A stretch of DNA of 64,000 nucleotides from an uncultured delta proteobacterium (lineage in GTDB: Bacteria; Desulfobacterota; Binatia; UBA9968): assembly GCA_963728565.1 (NCBI GenBank), contig CAVSLC010000013.1, positions 160,001 to 224,000 of the forward strand, written 5' to 3'. A program made the position numbers and the translations under genes. Below the pieces are notes generated by a model. It did no database searches. It saw nothing but the letters and a program-made list of their open reading frames with translations, and had not been told where the DNA came from. Shown here piece by piece: positions 30,120 to 40,702 of the stretch. How positions within the stretch are numbered: the stretch's first letter is position 1; the number at the start of each line of letters is the position of its first letter.

Positions 30120-31130
30120 ATGTCCGAGCTACTCAAAGCGTTCGAGGATGAACTTCAGAGCAAAAACTTCAAAGGCTATTGGCAAAATATTCAAGGGGAT
30201 GTTCATCGAGAACCGGTTCCGTCGTATGAACCTTGTCACTGGAGGGGCAAAGATCTCTTTGCCGCCATCGAGAAAGCCGGCGAGGTTGTCGGGCTTGATC
30301 TGTCGTTTCGGCGGGTGATTCAACTCTGGAATCCATCGCTAAAGAACGGCACGACCCGGACTTTAGTATTGAACCTGCAGATGCTGAAGTCCGGCGAGGA
30401 AGCTCTTAGCCATCGTCACATCGCCGGTGCGGTCCGTTTTGTTGTTAAAGGGAGCGGCGCCCGGCTGATCGTCGAAGGGGAGTCTTTCGAAATCGGCGAA
30501 GGAGACTTTGCAACGACGCCGAGTTGGACCTGGCATGATCACGAAAATAACGCAGGTCAAACGATGCTCTGGCTAGATGGCTTGGATTCGCCGCTAGTCC
30601 GGCTGCTCGAAACCGACTTTCACGAACCAGATCCGCGCAAGAAGCAAACCGTAAACAAGCCCGAAGGTTATTCGGCATCAACGCTCGGAGCATTGCGGCC
30701 GTCATGGATGCGGGCGCACGGCATTCAACCTCCGGCATTTGCCTACAAGTGGTCCGACACTGAAAAGACCCTGAACAAAGTCGGCGAGCAACCTGGCGAC
30801 CCCTACGATGGCATCGTCTTGGACTATGCCAATCCGCTCACCGGCGGCCCCACTCTACCGACCATGTCTTGCCAGATCCACATGCTCCGCTCGGGCGAGA
30901 AGACCAAAAGCCATCGTCACACGAGTTCAACGATCTATTATGTTCATCGCGGCAGCGGCGTAAGCACCATCGGTGATAAACGCTACGAATGGGAACAAGG
31001 CGACTCGTTCGTTGTGCCCCTCTGGTACCATCATCATCATGAGAACACCGCCAAAGATCCGGCTATTTTTTTCGTCATGTCCGACAAGCCCCTTATGGAT
31101 GCGATCGGCCATTATCGCGAACAGGCTTAG
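30120..31130 (+). CDS. bicupin gentisate 1,2-dioxygenase-like protein
   Basis: SHRH, TP.WTWHDH, WLDGLD.P, YANP.TGG, SHRHT. Confidence 0.85.
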   Translation: MSELLKAFEDELQSKNFKGYWQNIQGDVHREPVPSYEPCHWRGKDLFAAIEKAGEVVGLDLSFRRVIQLWNPSLKNGTTRTLVLNLQMLKSGEEALSHRHIAGAVRFVVKGSGARLIVEGESFEIGEGDFATTPSWTWHDHENNAGQTMLWLDGLDSPLVRLLETDFHEPDPRKKQTVNKPEGYSASTLGALRPSWMRAHGIQPPAFAYKWSDTEKTLNKVGEQPGDPYDGIVLDYANPLTGGPTLPTMSCQIHMLRSGEKTKSHRHTSSTIYYVHRGSGVSTIGDKRYEWEQGDSFVVPLWYHHHHENTAKDPAIFFVMSDKPLMDAIGHYREQA

Positions 31131-31189
31131 GTGTATCTTGCCGGCCGTTTTAGAAAGATCGAGATACCATAGCCAGAGGGAGCAACGAG

Positions 31190-31936
31190 ATGTTCAATCT
31201 AACTGACCGACTAAGCCCCGACGAGTTCATCGATACCTTTTTCGAAGCTAATAAACGCGACCACCAACGCCCGCCGCACCCGTGGGACGCATTGTTTCGC
31301 GCTGGCCGGTGTACCAAGGAGCAGCTCCAGGGTTGGGCCAAGGAACGTTACTACTTCACCAAGCAGGTGCCCATCAAGGAATACTCAATTCTATACAATT
31401 GCCCCTTTCCGGAAGTGCGCCGATCCTGGCTGCCGAAGGCGATCGAAGAGGAAGGTGAAGATCTTATCGGCAAGCCGGGCAAGCCGCATCCTGAATACTG
31501 GTTGGACGTGTGTGAGGGTCTCGGTCTGGATCGCGAATTTGCCAAGAACTCAGAACCGCTTTATGGCGTAAAGTTCGCCGTCGACAGCTTCGCCACCGCC
31601 GCGTTCAAAGAGTCTTGGCTGATGGGGGTTGCGGTCTCCGAAGGAGACGATACCGCCAAGGCCATGATCCGTGACTTGGAGGTTTTCCGCAAACACTATA
31701 CCTGGGTTCCGGACGATGCGTTAGAATTTTATAAGTTGCATGCCGGCGTCGACGTGGAGCATGGCATTCTCCGGAAAGAGATATTGAAAAAATATGCGAC
31801 TACAAAGGAACTGCAGGAACAGTGCATCAACGCCCAGCTGATGAAAAACAATATGCGCCGCGTCATGGCGGATTGCATCTACATGGCGTATGTCGTTCAA
31901 GGCATGACTTGCGAGTCGACTAGCGCCGCGGCCTAG
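31190..31936 (+). CDS. heme-oxygenase-like diiron enzyme (PqqC/CADD-like)
   Basis: LQGWAKERYYF, EEEG...PH.E.W, VSEG, HAGVDVEH. Confidence 0.8.
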   Translation: MFNLTDRLSPDEFIDTFFEANKRDHQRPPHPWDALFRAGRCTKEQLQGWAKERYYFTKQVPIKEYSILYNCPFPEVRRSWLPKAIEEEGEDLIGKPGKPHPEYWLDVCEGLGLDREFAKNSEPLYGVKFAVDSFATAAFKESWLMGVAVSEGDDTAKAMIRDLEVFRKHYTWVPDDALEFYKLHAGVDVEHGILRKEILKKYATTKELQEQCINAQLMKNNMRRVMADCIYMAYVVQGMTCESTSAAA

Positions 31937-32075
31937 CGTGAACGCGAGAAATCGCCCGCCCGATGCTTGCGCTGTCGCCCATCACGTCTCATTTTTGGCC
32001 GTACACTGGTTAGATCTCGCTCAATTTGGCGTGCGCAGGGATTTGCCGGTTCGAATCGATTCGGCGAGATTAACG

Positions 32076-33047
32076 ATGACACGATCCTACACCGCGAAAG
32101 TACTGCTGCTGATCTCGCTTCTGCTGTCAAACCACGCCGGCGCCGCTCCTCTGCGCATCGCTTATAGCTCGATCAGCGGTGCCATGTTACCGCTCTGGGT
32201 GGCCAAAGACACCGGACTTTTCGCCAAGCACGGTGTCGATGTTGACTTAACTTACATCCGAGGCGTTGCTATCGAAGCGCTGCTAGCGGGCGAAGTCCAG
32301 TTTGTCCGCGCCTCGCCGCCCTCGGTTGTGCGCTCCGCACTTCGAGGTTCCGATCTCGCGTTTATTGCCAATACCATCAACGTTGCGGTTTTTTCCCTGA
32401 TGTCAAAACCCGAATTGCAAAAGCCAGAAGATTTGAAGGGTAAAAAGATCGGCGTCACCAATCTTGGTGATTCGCCTGATCTGGTTTTGAGTTTACTGCT
32501 GGAGAAATGGGGACTGCAGCGCGGCAAAGATCTTGCGGTTTTAGGGATCCGTGGCGGCATGCCCGAACTGCTCATGTCCGTCACTAAAGGATTCGTCGAT
32601 GCAGGCATGATTTCGGCGCCAAGCAATCGACGCGGCATTAAGATGGGCTTGCGCGAGTTTGTTGACACAGCGGATTTGGGCATTCCATATATCAATTCAC
32701 CGCTCAGTGCTCGGCGATCTACCATCAAGAACCACCGCGACACCGTACTGCGCGTGCTAAGGGGCTACCACGAAGCGGTACTCCGAACCCGACGTGATCG
32801 GGATGGTGCGATGAAGATCCTTGCGAAATACGTGCGCCTCACCGACCCGGAGATTTTGGCCGAAGTGTACCAAACCTACGGCGTCAAGCAGCTGCAGCCG
32901 GATATCAAGGTCGACATCGATGGCATCAAGGGACTGTTAAAAGGTTTGGGCAGTGAAGCCGTGGGAGCCAACCCCGCTATGTTCGTCGATCTGTCGTTGA
33001 TCGAGCAACTTGAACGAGAAGGGTTTTTCTCCGGCAGGGGTCGGTGA
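32076..33047 (+). CDS. ABC substrate-binding protein (NMT1/SsuA-like)
   Basis: Signal peptide, W.A...GLF.K.G.DV, DLKGKKIGV. Confidence 0.85.
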   Translation: MTRSYTAKVLLLISLLLSNHAGAAPLRIAYSSISGAMLPLWVAKDTGLFAKHGVDVDLTYIRGVAIEALLAGEVQFVRASPPSVVRSALRGSDLAFIANTINVAVFSLMSKPELQKPEDLKGKKIGVTNLGDSPDLVLSLLLEKWGLQRGKDLAVLGIRGGMPELLMSVTKGFVDAGMISAPSNRRGIKMGLREFVDTADLGIPYINSPLSARRSTIKNHRDTVLRVLRGYHEAVLRTRRDRDGAMKILAKYVRLTDPEILAEVYQTYGVKQLQPDIKVDIDGIKGLLKGLGSEAVGANPAMFVDLSLIEQLEREGFFSGRGR

Positions 33048-33150
33048 GTCGAGCCCAGAAGTCAGATAGATTCTGCCCCGGAGTTACAAGGGGCTCCCCG
33101 GAACAGTTATGCCGTTCCGGAGAAGACCCTTCAAAGATCCGTCATCCGAG

Positions 33151-33783
33151 TTAACGCGCGCCCTCCTTGGATTCCCTCTTTCCTCCACTTCTTGACCCGC
33201 TCTTTGCGTCACCTTTGGATTCTGTTTTAATCTGCTTCTCCGTTGATTGCGCAAGCTCGAGATGTTTCTTCAAGATCGGCAGAGTTTCGCTGGCGAACTT
33301 TTTCAATTCGGGGTCTTTACCCTTATCTGCCTGAGTTTGAAATTTTTCGATATCCTCTTTGTGATCATCGACCATGGCCGCCATGTACTCCCGATCAAAT
33401 TCGGCGCCGGATAGTTTGGTCAACTTATCCATCGTCGATTTGTGCTCTCCTGAAGGTTGGGTAGGGAGATCCACGCCTTTGCTGGAGGCGATTTTCTTTA
33501 ACTGCGTATTAGCTTTGCTGTGATCGGCCTGCATGCGTTTGCCAAATTCTTTTACACGTTGGTGCGATCCCTTTTCAGCGGCGATCTTCCCCAGCTCCAC
33601 TTCCATTAGCCCTCCGGAAGCGGCCTCTTTCATGAATCGCTCCTCACCGCCGGGAAGCTTGTCTTTACTCTCATTGCGGCTTTCTCCTGCCTTTGTGCTG
33701 TCACTTGCCGCCAATGCAAAGCCACTGGAAGATATGAAAGCTGCCGCGATCATCAACGCCGAAACTTTGGCTACTCGTATCAT
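33151..33783 (-). CDS. secreted DUF4142 ferritin-like protein
   Basis: F..EAA.GGL.EVELG, M..DH, FDR.Y...MV.DH, LP.L..HL; RBS GGAGG. Confidence 0.85.
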   Translation of the reverse strand: MIRVAKVSALMIAAAFISSSGFALAASDSTKAGESRNESKDKLPGGEERFMKEAASGGLMEVELGKIAAEKGSHQRVKEFGKRMQADHSKANTQLKKIASSKGVDLPTQPSGEHKSTMDKLTKLSGAEFDREYMAAMVDDHKEDIEKFQTQADKGKDPELKKFASETLPILKKHLELAQSTEKQIKTESKGDAKSGSRSGGKRESKEGAR

Positions 33784-33822
33784 GGCTCCACCTCCGTTTT
33801 TAATTATTGTGGATCGAAGTTG

Positions 33823-33838
33823 AGCAAAGCATATGCCA
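33823..33838 (-). promoter_or_regulatory. sigma54 (-24/-12) promoter
   Basis: Minus strand TGGCATATGCTTTGCT, GG-N10-GC spacing, 40 nt upstream of the DUF4142 start. Confidence 0.7.
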
Positions 33839-34168
33839 CAGAGCTGGGTAAAAGTTCTCGCACACGCGAAGGTGTCTATCGGGATAAGTTTCATTTCGGG
33901 GGATCATGCGCGCACCGCGTGAATCATTCTCAGGACAGCCAGACTCGGCCCGTCACGGCCTTGGGACAATACTGGTCTCGAGCTTTGTGATGTCACTATG
34001 AGCACAACACGCAAGCTGTTTGGTAGGAAACCGCTTATGACAATCGCTTGGGCGATTTCACCGCGTTAGGAATGTGGCGATTGAAGTATTACATGGCTGA
34101 GGCCCCAGCGGCGCGCGCTGATACCGCTTACCTTGATGGGATGCACGGCATGTGCCGATTCTTGACCG

Positions 34169-35146
34169 TTACGGTTTCCACCCGGCTTTGGTGAGTTGCT
34201 GGTCTGCTTGGCGGGCGAAACTAAAGTCATAGGCTCGCTGAATCGGCACGACTTCGCTCACCCCCGCTATTTCACGGACGATGGCGAGGTCATTGCGCTG
34301 CGCCTCTTCATCGACGACTCCGTTGGCCGTAAAGGTTTTTGCGATATCGTCGTACATGCGTATGACGAGAGCGTTATCGAGCTCGGTAAATTTGGTTGCC
34401 GCGGCAATTGCCCCTTCGCGATTGTGCCGCACAAAACGCAATGCTTTGACAACGGCGCGGGCGAAACCGGCCATCACCTTAGGCTGTTCTTTGATGAAGC
34501 GGTCCGAGGTGGCGATGGTGCCCCAGGAATTTTTCACCTCCTTACCCATAAACATAAGATCTTTCATTCCTTGGTCGATCGCAGCGTAACGTTCCTCGGG
34601 GCTCAAGATAGCGGCATCCACGGCGCCGGATAGAAGCGAAGGCAACCGATTGACCGGCCCGGGATCGACAAAGACCACATCTTTATTGCCGTCCATACCG
34701 TATTTGCCCATGATGTTTCTGAACATGAACGCGGCGATGGAGGCAACGCCCGTGGTTCCGACCTTTTTACCTTTAAGATCCTTGATCGATGAGATATTGG
34801 GCCGCACTACCACCCATTGCAGAACCTGATCATTGGCAGCGATCACCGTTTTTAAAGGCGCGCCGCCTTTGGAAATCGCCACGAGCGCGCTGCTGCCTGA
34901 GCCAGAAAATTGCACGTTACCGGCAGTCAACGCCTGTAGGCCAGGCGCGTTTTGCATGTAAACAAGCTTGAGCTCGATTCCCTCTTCCTTCAGGTATCCT
35001 CGATCCTGAGCGATCGGCAAAATCGTGTACTGAAAAGCCTTGGACGTTAGTGCCACGGTAACCGTCTCCTGACTGAATCCAATCCGGGCCGAAATAACCA
35101 GGGAAACAGCGAAACAAAGAAAGAGAGAGAAAAACTTAACTAACAT
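34169..35146 (-). CDS. ABC substrate-binding protein (NMT1/SsuA-like)
   Basis: Signal peptide, GYLKEEGI, DLKGKKVG; RBS AGGAGG. Confidence 0.85.
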   Translation of the reverse strand: MLVKFFSLFLCFAVSLVISARIGFSQETVTVALTSKAFQYTILPIAQDRGYLKEEGIELKLVYMQNAPGLQALTAGNVQFSGSGSSALVAISKGGAPLKTVIAANDQVLQWVVVRPNISSIKDLKGKKVGTTGVASIAAFMFRNIMGKYGMDGNKDVVFVDPGPVNRLPSLLSGAVDAAILSPEERYAAIDQGMKDLMFMGKEVKNSWGTIATSDRFIKEQPKVMAGFARAVVKALRFVRHNREGAIAAATKFTELDNALVIRMYDDIAKTFTANGVVDEEAQRNDLAIVREIAGVSEVVPIQRAYDFSFARQADQQLTKAGWKP

Positions 35147-35310
35147 TGAAAGCGCCTCCTTTGATGCCGACCCTTTCGTCAGGCCTAGGTCGACGTTCAT
35201 TCTTGAGAGCGTCAGGCCCACCGTGCCAACGAGAACTGCGCCGTACCCTACTACCGCATCGTCGTTTCAGTCAATTGAAATACTCTCACTCTCACGCGTT
35301 GAGCTGCGCA

Positions 35311-35340
35311 TTGACATAGCAGCTTAGGCTTGGATAGGCT
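35311..35340 (+). promoter_or_regulatory. putative sigma70 promoter
   Basis: TTGACA-N18-TAGGCT, 33 nt upstream of the oxidoreductase start. Confidence 0.5.
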
Positions 35341-35373
35341 GACTGGGAAACACACGACAGAGGAGGAGCGAAT

Positions 35374-36345
35374 ATGAGAGCTGTTCGCATTCACAATTTC
35401 GGTCCAAGCGAAGATGTGCTCCAATTCGAGGAAGTGCCCATGCCGGAGCCGGGCCCTGGCGAGCTAGTGATCAACATCGAGGCAGCCGCGCTGAACCGAG
35501 CCGATCTCGGCTTACGCAGCGGTAACTATCGCGTTGCTCCGGAGGATCTGCCGATCATTCCCGGCCGCGAATTTGCCGGGCGAGTGACCAAACTGGGCGA
35601 CGGTGTGAGTGACTTCCAAGTCGGGCAACGCGTTGTCGCCTACACCGGCACCGGCGGATATGCCGAGTACGCCAAAGCCAAAGTATCTGAAGTGCGGCCG
35701 CTACCGGATGGCGTGGACGCCGCGGCGGCGGCAGCGATTCCAACGGTCTTTTTAACCGCGTGGTTCGCTCTGATGGAAGAAGGCAAGCTCAGGTCCGGCG
35801 AATGGCTGCTGGTGCAAGCTGGCAGCAGCGGCGTCGGTATCGCGGCGATCCAAATCGGCAAGCATGCCGGCGCTAAAGTAGTTACAACGACGAGCGGCGA
35901 TGAGAAAGCGCGCAGACTGCGGCAACTCGGCGCCGATGGGGTGATCGACTACACCCAAACTGATTTGGTTGTGGAAGGTAGGCGCGCTACCGGCAATCGC
36001 GGCTTTGATGTCGTGCTCGAGATGATCGGCGGCGAGGTTTACCAGAAAAGTATCGAAGTCCTTGCGCCCGCCGGGCGGCTGGTTTCGATCGGCGGCGCCT
36101 TTGGCAAAATCCCGGACACGCCTCCCGCTCTCAAGGACGGACGAACCGCCAGCCGCTTCTCGATCACGAACTTCTTAAAAGCGCAGCCCGAAGGATTTAA
36201 ACAGCTCGATGTCGCCCTCCAATGGGTGCGTGATGGAAAATTTCAAGTCGTAATCGATCGAAGCTTTCCCTTGGCTGAAACACGCGCCGCGCAACGTTTT
36301 CTCGAAGGACGGGATCACTTTGGTAAGATCGTCTTGATTCCATAA
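35374..36345 (+). CDS. NADPH:quinone oxidoreductase (zeta-crystallin MDR family)
   Basis: LNRADL, PG.EFAG, AGSSGVG, GKIVL. Confidence 0.9.
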   Translation: MRAVRIHNFGPSEDVLQFEEVPMPEPGPGELVINIEAAALNRADLGLRSGNYRVAPEDLPIIPGREFAGRVTKLGDGVSDFQVGQRVVAYTGTGGYAEYAKAKVSEVRPLPDGVDAAAAAAIPTVFLTAWFALMEEGKLRSGEWLLVQAGSSGVGIAAIQIGKHAGAKVVTTTSGDEKARRLRQLGADGVIDYTQTDLVVEGRRATGNRGFDVVLEMIGGEVYQKSIEVLAPAGRLVSIGGAFGKIPDTPPALKDGRTASRFSITNFLKAQPEGFKQLDVALQWVRDGKFQVVIDRSFPLAETRAAQRFLEGRDHFGKIVLIP

Positions 36346-36366
36346 GCCCCAAACAAAGCCGCGCCT

Positions 36367-36915
36367 CTAAAGGCGCCAATCAGGATCGGTCGTCTTGGGG
36401 CTGTTCTCCGGTTCCGGTTCGACATTGGTAACTGCTGGCGCCGGTTTCTTGCCGGCACCCATGAGAAGCAAGCAAAACTCTTCAGCGTCTTCGTAATTGA
36501 CAGGCGTTCCGCCAAGGCTGGCGGTGCCACCCAGAATTTGAATCTCATTTTTTTTGCGAAACCAGAACAGTGCAATTAGGGCTAGGCCGGCAACCAGCAC
36601 GCCATATTGAATCAACGACAAGGTCGATGGTGAGACAGCAAACAGTCGGGTATTAAAGGCAATCCCATCCGGCTGGTTCATCTGGTTGGCAATAATCAGA
36701 GCCAGCGAAGCGAGAAATAAAATCAAGCCGAAAACCAGCACCCCCCTGCTTCTTTGCCAGCTTAAACGAACTGTCGTGATCGCCCGCCGCGGGATGATCG
36801 CTCGATTTTCGCCGAACATACCGTAATCCTGATGCTGGAAAACGTGGCCGGTCGTTAGCACTAACTGGCTCTTGTCGCTTAATCGCAACCAGCCGAGTTC
36901 CCTCTCGTCGTTCAT
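36367..36915 (-). CDS. hypothetical membrane protein
   Basis: 182-aa ORF with two TM helices, RBS GGAG. Confidence 0.6.
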   Translation of the reverse strand: MNDERELGWLRLSDKSQLVLTTGHVFQHQDYGMFGENRAIIPRRAITTVRLSWQRSRGVLVFGLILFLASLALIIANQMNQPDGIAFNTRLFAVSPSTLSLIQYGVLVAGLALIALFWFRKKNEIQILGGTASLGGTPVNYEDAEEFCLLLMGAGKKPAPAVTNVEPEPENSPKTTDPDWRL

Positions 36916-36999
36916 GGTTTCTCCGTCAGTCGGATAGAATGCCGTCCAGTTCGATCTCAGCCTCTTCCATAGTTATCTGCCTAGCCTTTTCTGTGACGC

Positions 37000-37028
37000 A
37001 AAACAAAACCGGCTAATCGGCCGGTTTT
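37000..37028 (-). terminator. intrinsic terminator
   Basis: Minus strand AAAACCGGC-CGATTA-GCCGGTTTT-GTTTT immediately after the amidohydrolase stop. Confidence 0.7.
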
Positions 37029-38080
37029 AATTTGCCGCTAATGGATACATTCTTTTGGGATTCTGCGTCATGATCTTTTGCTTAGTTTCCATCGCGAGGT
37101 CCTCACGAGCGACAAATTTACTGATATTTTCCCTGAATTCCGAGCGCGGTTCATGGGGAAAGTCAGTCGCGCAGAAAAGGATATCGTCACGGAGAAGCTC
37201 GACGATTCTCGGAATGCCGAGTTCCTCGAGTTCGCAATGGATGAATATGCGGCCGCTCTTTAGATGTTCCGAGGGAGCAATCTTAAGCTCGGGAACCTGC
37301 GCGCTACGGTGTTCATATTCCAGGTCCATGCGTTCCATCAGATATGGCACCCAACCGCAACCAGCCTCAGCGAACGCCACTTTTAGCTTGGGAAATTTGT
37401 CAAAAATACCGCCATAGATCATCCCCGTCATTTGAATCATCTGGCCGAAGCCGTGACTCAAGGTGCGAACCTCGATCAAACGGTCAAAGGCGTCCACGCC
37501 GATGCCTTGCGTCGGAGCGGCATGAACAGCCAGGAGCGCGTCCAACTCTTGGGCCGCCTCATAGACCGGAAAGTATCTCTCGTCACCGAAGGGCTGCCTC
37601 ATTCCGACTGCCGGAAGAATCGCGCCTAGCATGTTGAGTTCCTTGACCGCTCGCCGTAGCTCTTTGACCGCCTCCGGTATGGATTGCAGCGGAATCAGAG
37701 CCATGCCGCGAAGCCGCTTTTCCTGCTTTAAGAATACTTCGGAAAGATAATTGTTATAGCCTTGGGCGATCGCACAAGCCCAGTCCTTGTCCCGGATCAA
37801 TCCAAAAGTAAGCCCGGCGGTGGGATACAGCACCGACCATTCGATCTCATCTTCATCTAGAAAATCCTTCCACTCCTTGAGCGATCCCTGCGCTACATAG
37901 CGGCCTTTGCCATCGACGACGCGCAAAGCCTGACGGTGAAATCCATCCAAGGTCGGAAAGAACGGAAACGACAAGAGATCCTCCCTGCCCTTGTAAGGCG
38001 GCGGCAAAAAATCTAACAGAGCTCGATCATTTTCCACCACATGTCCGTCAGCATCGATAAATCCTTTAACCTTAGCTCAT
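37027..38080 (-). CDS. amidohydrolase_2 family protein; one extra base just after the ATG
   Basis: The metal motif IDADGH lies upstream of the called GTG; ATG-A-GCT-AAG at 38080 gives MAKVKGFIDADGHV if one base is removed; EAGCGW and TDFPH motifs. Confidence 0.82.
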
Positions 38081-38297
38081 TGAAATGCCTCACTCTCCCG
38101 TGATTTCTCGCTGGCAAAATTTTCCGCAAGTACTATTAGCGGTGTTCTTTCAAGCATATTAGTTATCAAGAAAAGCTGAGGCTCTGCAATGCATAAAGAA
38201 ATTGTTCTACTGCCACACCAAGTCGAGATGTCAACTCCGGGTGTTTTAGAGCGGGGACAACCTGGCCTAGCTTTCTGGAACTTGACGTCGGCCGATC

Positions 38298-39881
38298 TCA
38301 CCGATCATTAAGATCACTGGGTAAGATCATTTTGTGCGACAAAAACTCACTGACCACATCTTTCACCTGCCGCTGATCGCCATCGACAGCATAGTTGAGC
38401 TCACGCATCTCCTCGACGTTCAGAATTCCGCCCAGCTGTTTTAGGACTTCTCTTAGCTCAGGATGATTCTCCAAAGCCTTCTGCCGCACGACCGGTACCG
38501 CATCATAAGGAGGAAAGTAGTGCAGATCGTCCTCGAGTTGCACCAGGCCGTATCGGCTGATCAGGCCGTCGGTCGAATTCCCGGCAATCAGATCCACTTG
38601 CCTCTCCGATAGAGCGCGATAGGTCAAGGACAGGTCCATTTCACGAATTTCCTTGAATTGAAAACCATAGGTCCGCGCAAAGCCTGGATAACCGTCAGGC
38701 CGTGACATGAAATCCTGACCGAATCCGGCGCGCCATTGTGTTGACATTCGTGCCGCGTCAGTAATCGTCTTGAGATTATGGCGTCGTGCTTCATCGCCTC
38801 GAACCAGGATCGCAAAGGTATTGTTGAAGCCAAGCGGTTCGGTCCATTCGATGCCGAACTGTTCGGCGTAAGACGATTTGACCTGGCGATACACCTCTGC
38901 CGGATCCTTAATCGCCGGATTTTTTAAGATCGCCAGCAGAGCAGTACCGGTGTATTCGACATAAACATCAATCTCGCCGGCGATCATCGCCTGATGAGCC
39001 AGATTTCCGCCCAGATCGAATCGGCGCTCCACTTGGAGGCCGGTTTTGGCTTCAATCACCTGCGCCAGCAATTCACCCATAATGATCTGTTCGGTAAAAT
39101 CTTTTGAGCCAACAGCGATGCGGCTGGCACTGTAACCTCGCAGAAAACTGACAGTGCCAACCGCTATCAGGATGAGGGCTGTCGCCAGTGCCGGCCACAA
39201 AAGCTTGCGAATTTTGTGACTTGCCGCGCCGCGAAAACGGATTGCGCGCTCCAAAAATCCAAGAAACAGATCGGCAACGAGGGCAATCAAAGCAGCCGGA
39301 ACTGCTCCCGCCAGAATCAACACGTTGTCATTCGCTCTCAAGCCGCGGAAAATGTATCGTCCCAATCCGCCGGCATCGATGGCGGCGGCGATGGTTGCCG
39401 TGCCGACGCAGATCACGGTGGCGACGCGCACGCCGGCGATAATGACGCCGAGCGCTAGTGGCAATTCAACTTGAAGGAGCAGCTGCCGATCAGTCATGCC
39501 CATGCCGCGGCCGGCCTCCCGAATAGCCGGATCGACGCCGCTGATTCCGGTAAAAGTATTTCTAATGATCGGCAGCAGCGAGTATAAAACCAGTGCGGCA
39601 ATGGCGGTGCGGGCGCCGATACCACCGACGATACGCACATCAAAGAGAATCAGGTTGACCGGGATCAGAAAGCCAAAAAGCGCCAAGCTCGGCACGGTTT
39701 GCATGATGTTGGCAATGCCCAAGACGGGTTTGCTCAACGCCGGTTTACGCGTAAGGAGAATGCCGAGTGGCACACCGATCAGGAGCGCAATGCCGATTGA
39801 AACGCCGACTAGAAACAGATGCTCAAAGATCAGTGCAGCGAGTTCAGCCCGGTGCTCGAGGAAAAAGCGCAGCAAGCTCAT
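38298..39881 (-). CDS. osmoprotectant/EgtU-like ABC permease fused to substrate-binding domain
   Basis: QTVPSLAL, EA.RGMGM permease; GSK.FTEQ, EYTGT, NNTFA, STDG, FPPY OpuAC-type binding domain. Confidence 0.9.
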   Translation of the reverse strand: MSLLRFFLEHRAELAALIFEHLFLVGVSIGIALLIGVPLGILLTRKPALSKPVLGIANIMQTVPSLALFGFLIPVNLILFDVRIVGGIGARTAIAALVLYSLLPIIRNTFTGISGVDPAIREAGRGMGMTDRQLLLQVELPLALGVIIAGVRVATVICVGTATIAAAIDAGGLGRYIFRGLRANDNVLILAGAVPAALIALVADLFLGFLERAIRFRGAASHKIRKLLWPALATALILIAVGTVSFLRGYSASRIAVGSKDFTEQIIMGELLAQVIEAKTGLQVERRFDLGGNLAHQAMIAGEIDVYVEYTGTALLAILKNPAIKDPAEVYRQVKSSYAEQFGIEWTEPLGFNNTFAILVRGDEARRHNLKTITDAARMSTQWRAGFGQDFMSRPDGYPGFARTYGFQFKEIREMDLSLTYRALSERQVDLIAGNSTDGLISRYGLVQLEDDLHYFPPYDAVPVVRQKALENHPELREVLKQLGGILNVEEMRELNYAVDGDQRQVKDVVSEFLSHKMILPSDLNDR

Positions 39882-40645
39882 GAACAGCTCTGCGCCTTTC
39901 CGGTATCGTGAAAACATTGGACGAAAGCCCGAGCCTCAGGATGATTCGAAGCAAGAAGCTCGGCAGGCGGTCCCAAAACGATCATCTCGCCATCCTTGAG
40001 TAAGCCGATGCGCGTTGCCAGGGCGAAAGCTTCGTCCACGTCATGAGTGACGAAAACCATGGTCTTGCCCAGGTGTTTTTGCAGTGAGCGAAACTCTTGT
40101 TGGATTTCGCGTCGCGTAATCGGGTCCAAAGCACCGAAGGGCTCATCTAGAAGGATCATCGGCGGATCTGCCGCCAACGCACGCGCCACCCCGACCCTTT
40201 GGCGCTGTCCACCGGAAAGTTCCGCCGGATAACGGGCGGCGAATCTGTCAGGCTCCAAACTCACCATCGCTAGCAGTTCCCGAGCGCGGTTTCTGATTTT
40301 ATCGGCCGGCCAACTTTCAAGCCTGGGTACGAGCCCGATATTCTCTTCAATGGTTAGATGAGGAAATAAGCCAATCTCCTGAATAACGTACCCGATCCGT
40401 CGCCGGAGAATTATGGGATCCCAGGCTCCTGTTGAGATTCCCTCGACCCGCACTTCGCCGGAAGTCGGCTCAAGTAGACGGTTAATCATCTTCATGGTGG
40501 TTGTTTTACCCGAGCCGCTACGGCCGAGAAGCACCACTGTTTCCCCCCGGCCTATCGTAAGGTTGAGATCAACGAGAAGTTTTTTCCCTTCACCGATCTC
40601 AAAGCTGACGTTGTCGAATTCGATAGCTACTCGATTGTCGATCAT
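39878..40645 (-). CDS. osmoprotectant ABC ATP-binding protein
   Basis: GRSGSGKTT, IGYVIQ.IGLFPH, LSGGQRQRVG, DEPFGALDP; ATGA overlap with the permease. Confidence 0.92.
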   Translation of the reverse strand: MIDNRVAIEFDNVSFEIGEGKKLLVDLNLTIGRGETVVLLGRSGSGKTTTMKMINRLLEPTSGEVRVEGISTGAWDPIILRRRIGYVIQEIGLFPHLTIEENIGLVPRLESWPADKIRNRARELLAMVSLEPDRFAARYPAELSGGQRQRVGVARALAADPPMILLDEPFGALDPITRREIQQEFRSLQKHLGKTMVFVTHDVDEAFALATRIGLLKDGEMIVLGPPAELLASNHPEARAFVQCFHDTGKAQSCS

Positions 40646-40702
40646 CGATCCATCGTCTCCCCCGGTCGCATCCGATTCCACTTTCTTATATTCTATTTCG
40701 AT

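Noticed and set aside
38077-38079. In-frame TGA before the amidohydrolase DADGH motif as a recoded codon
   Set aside because: It is part of ATG-A; one inserted base after the start codon explains it
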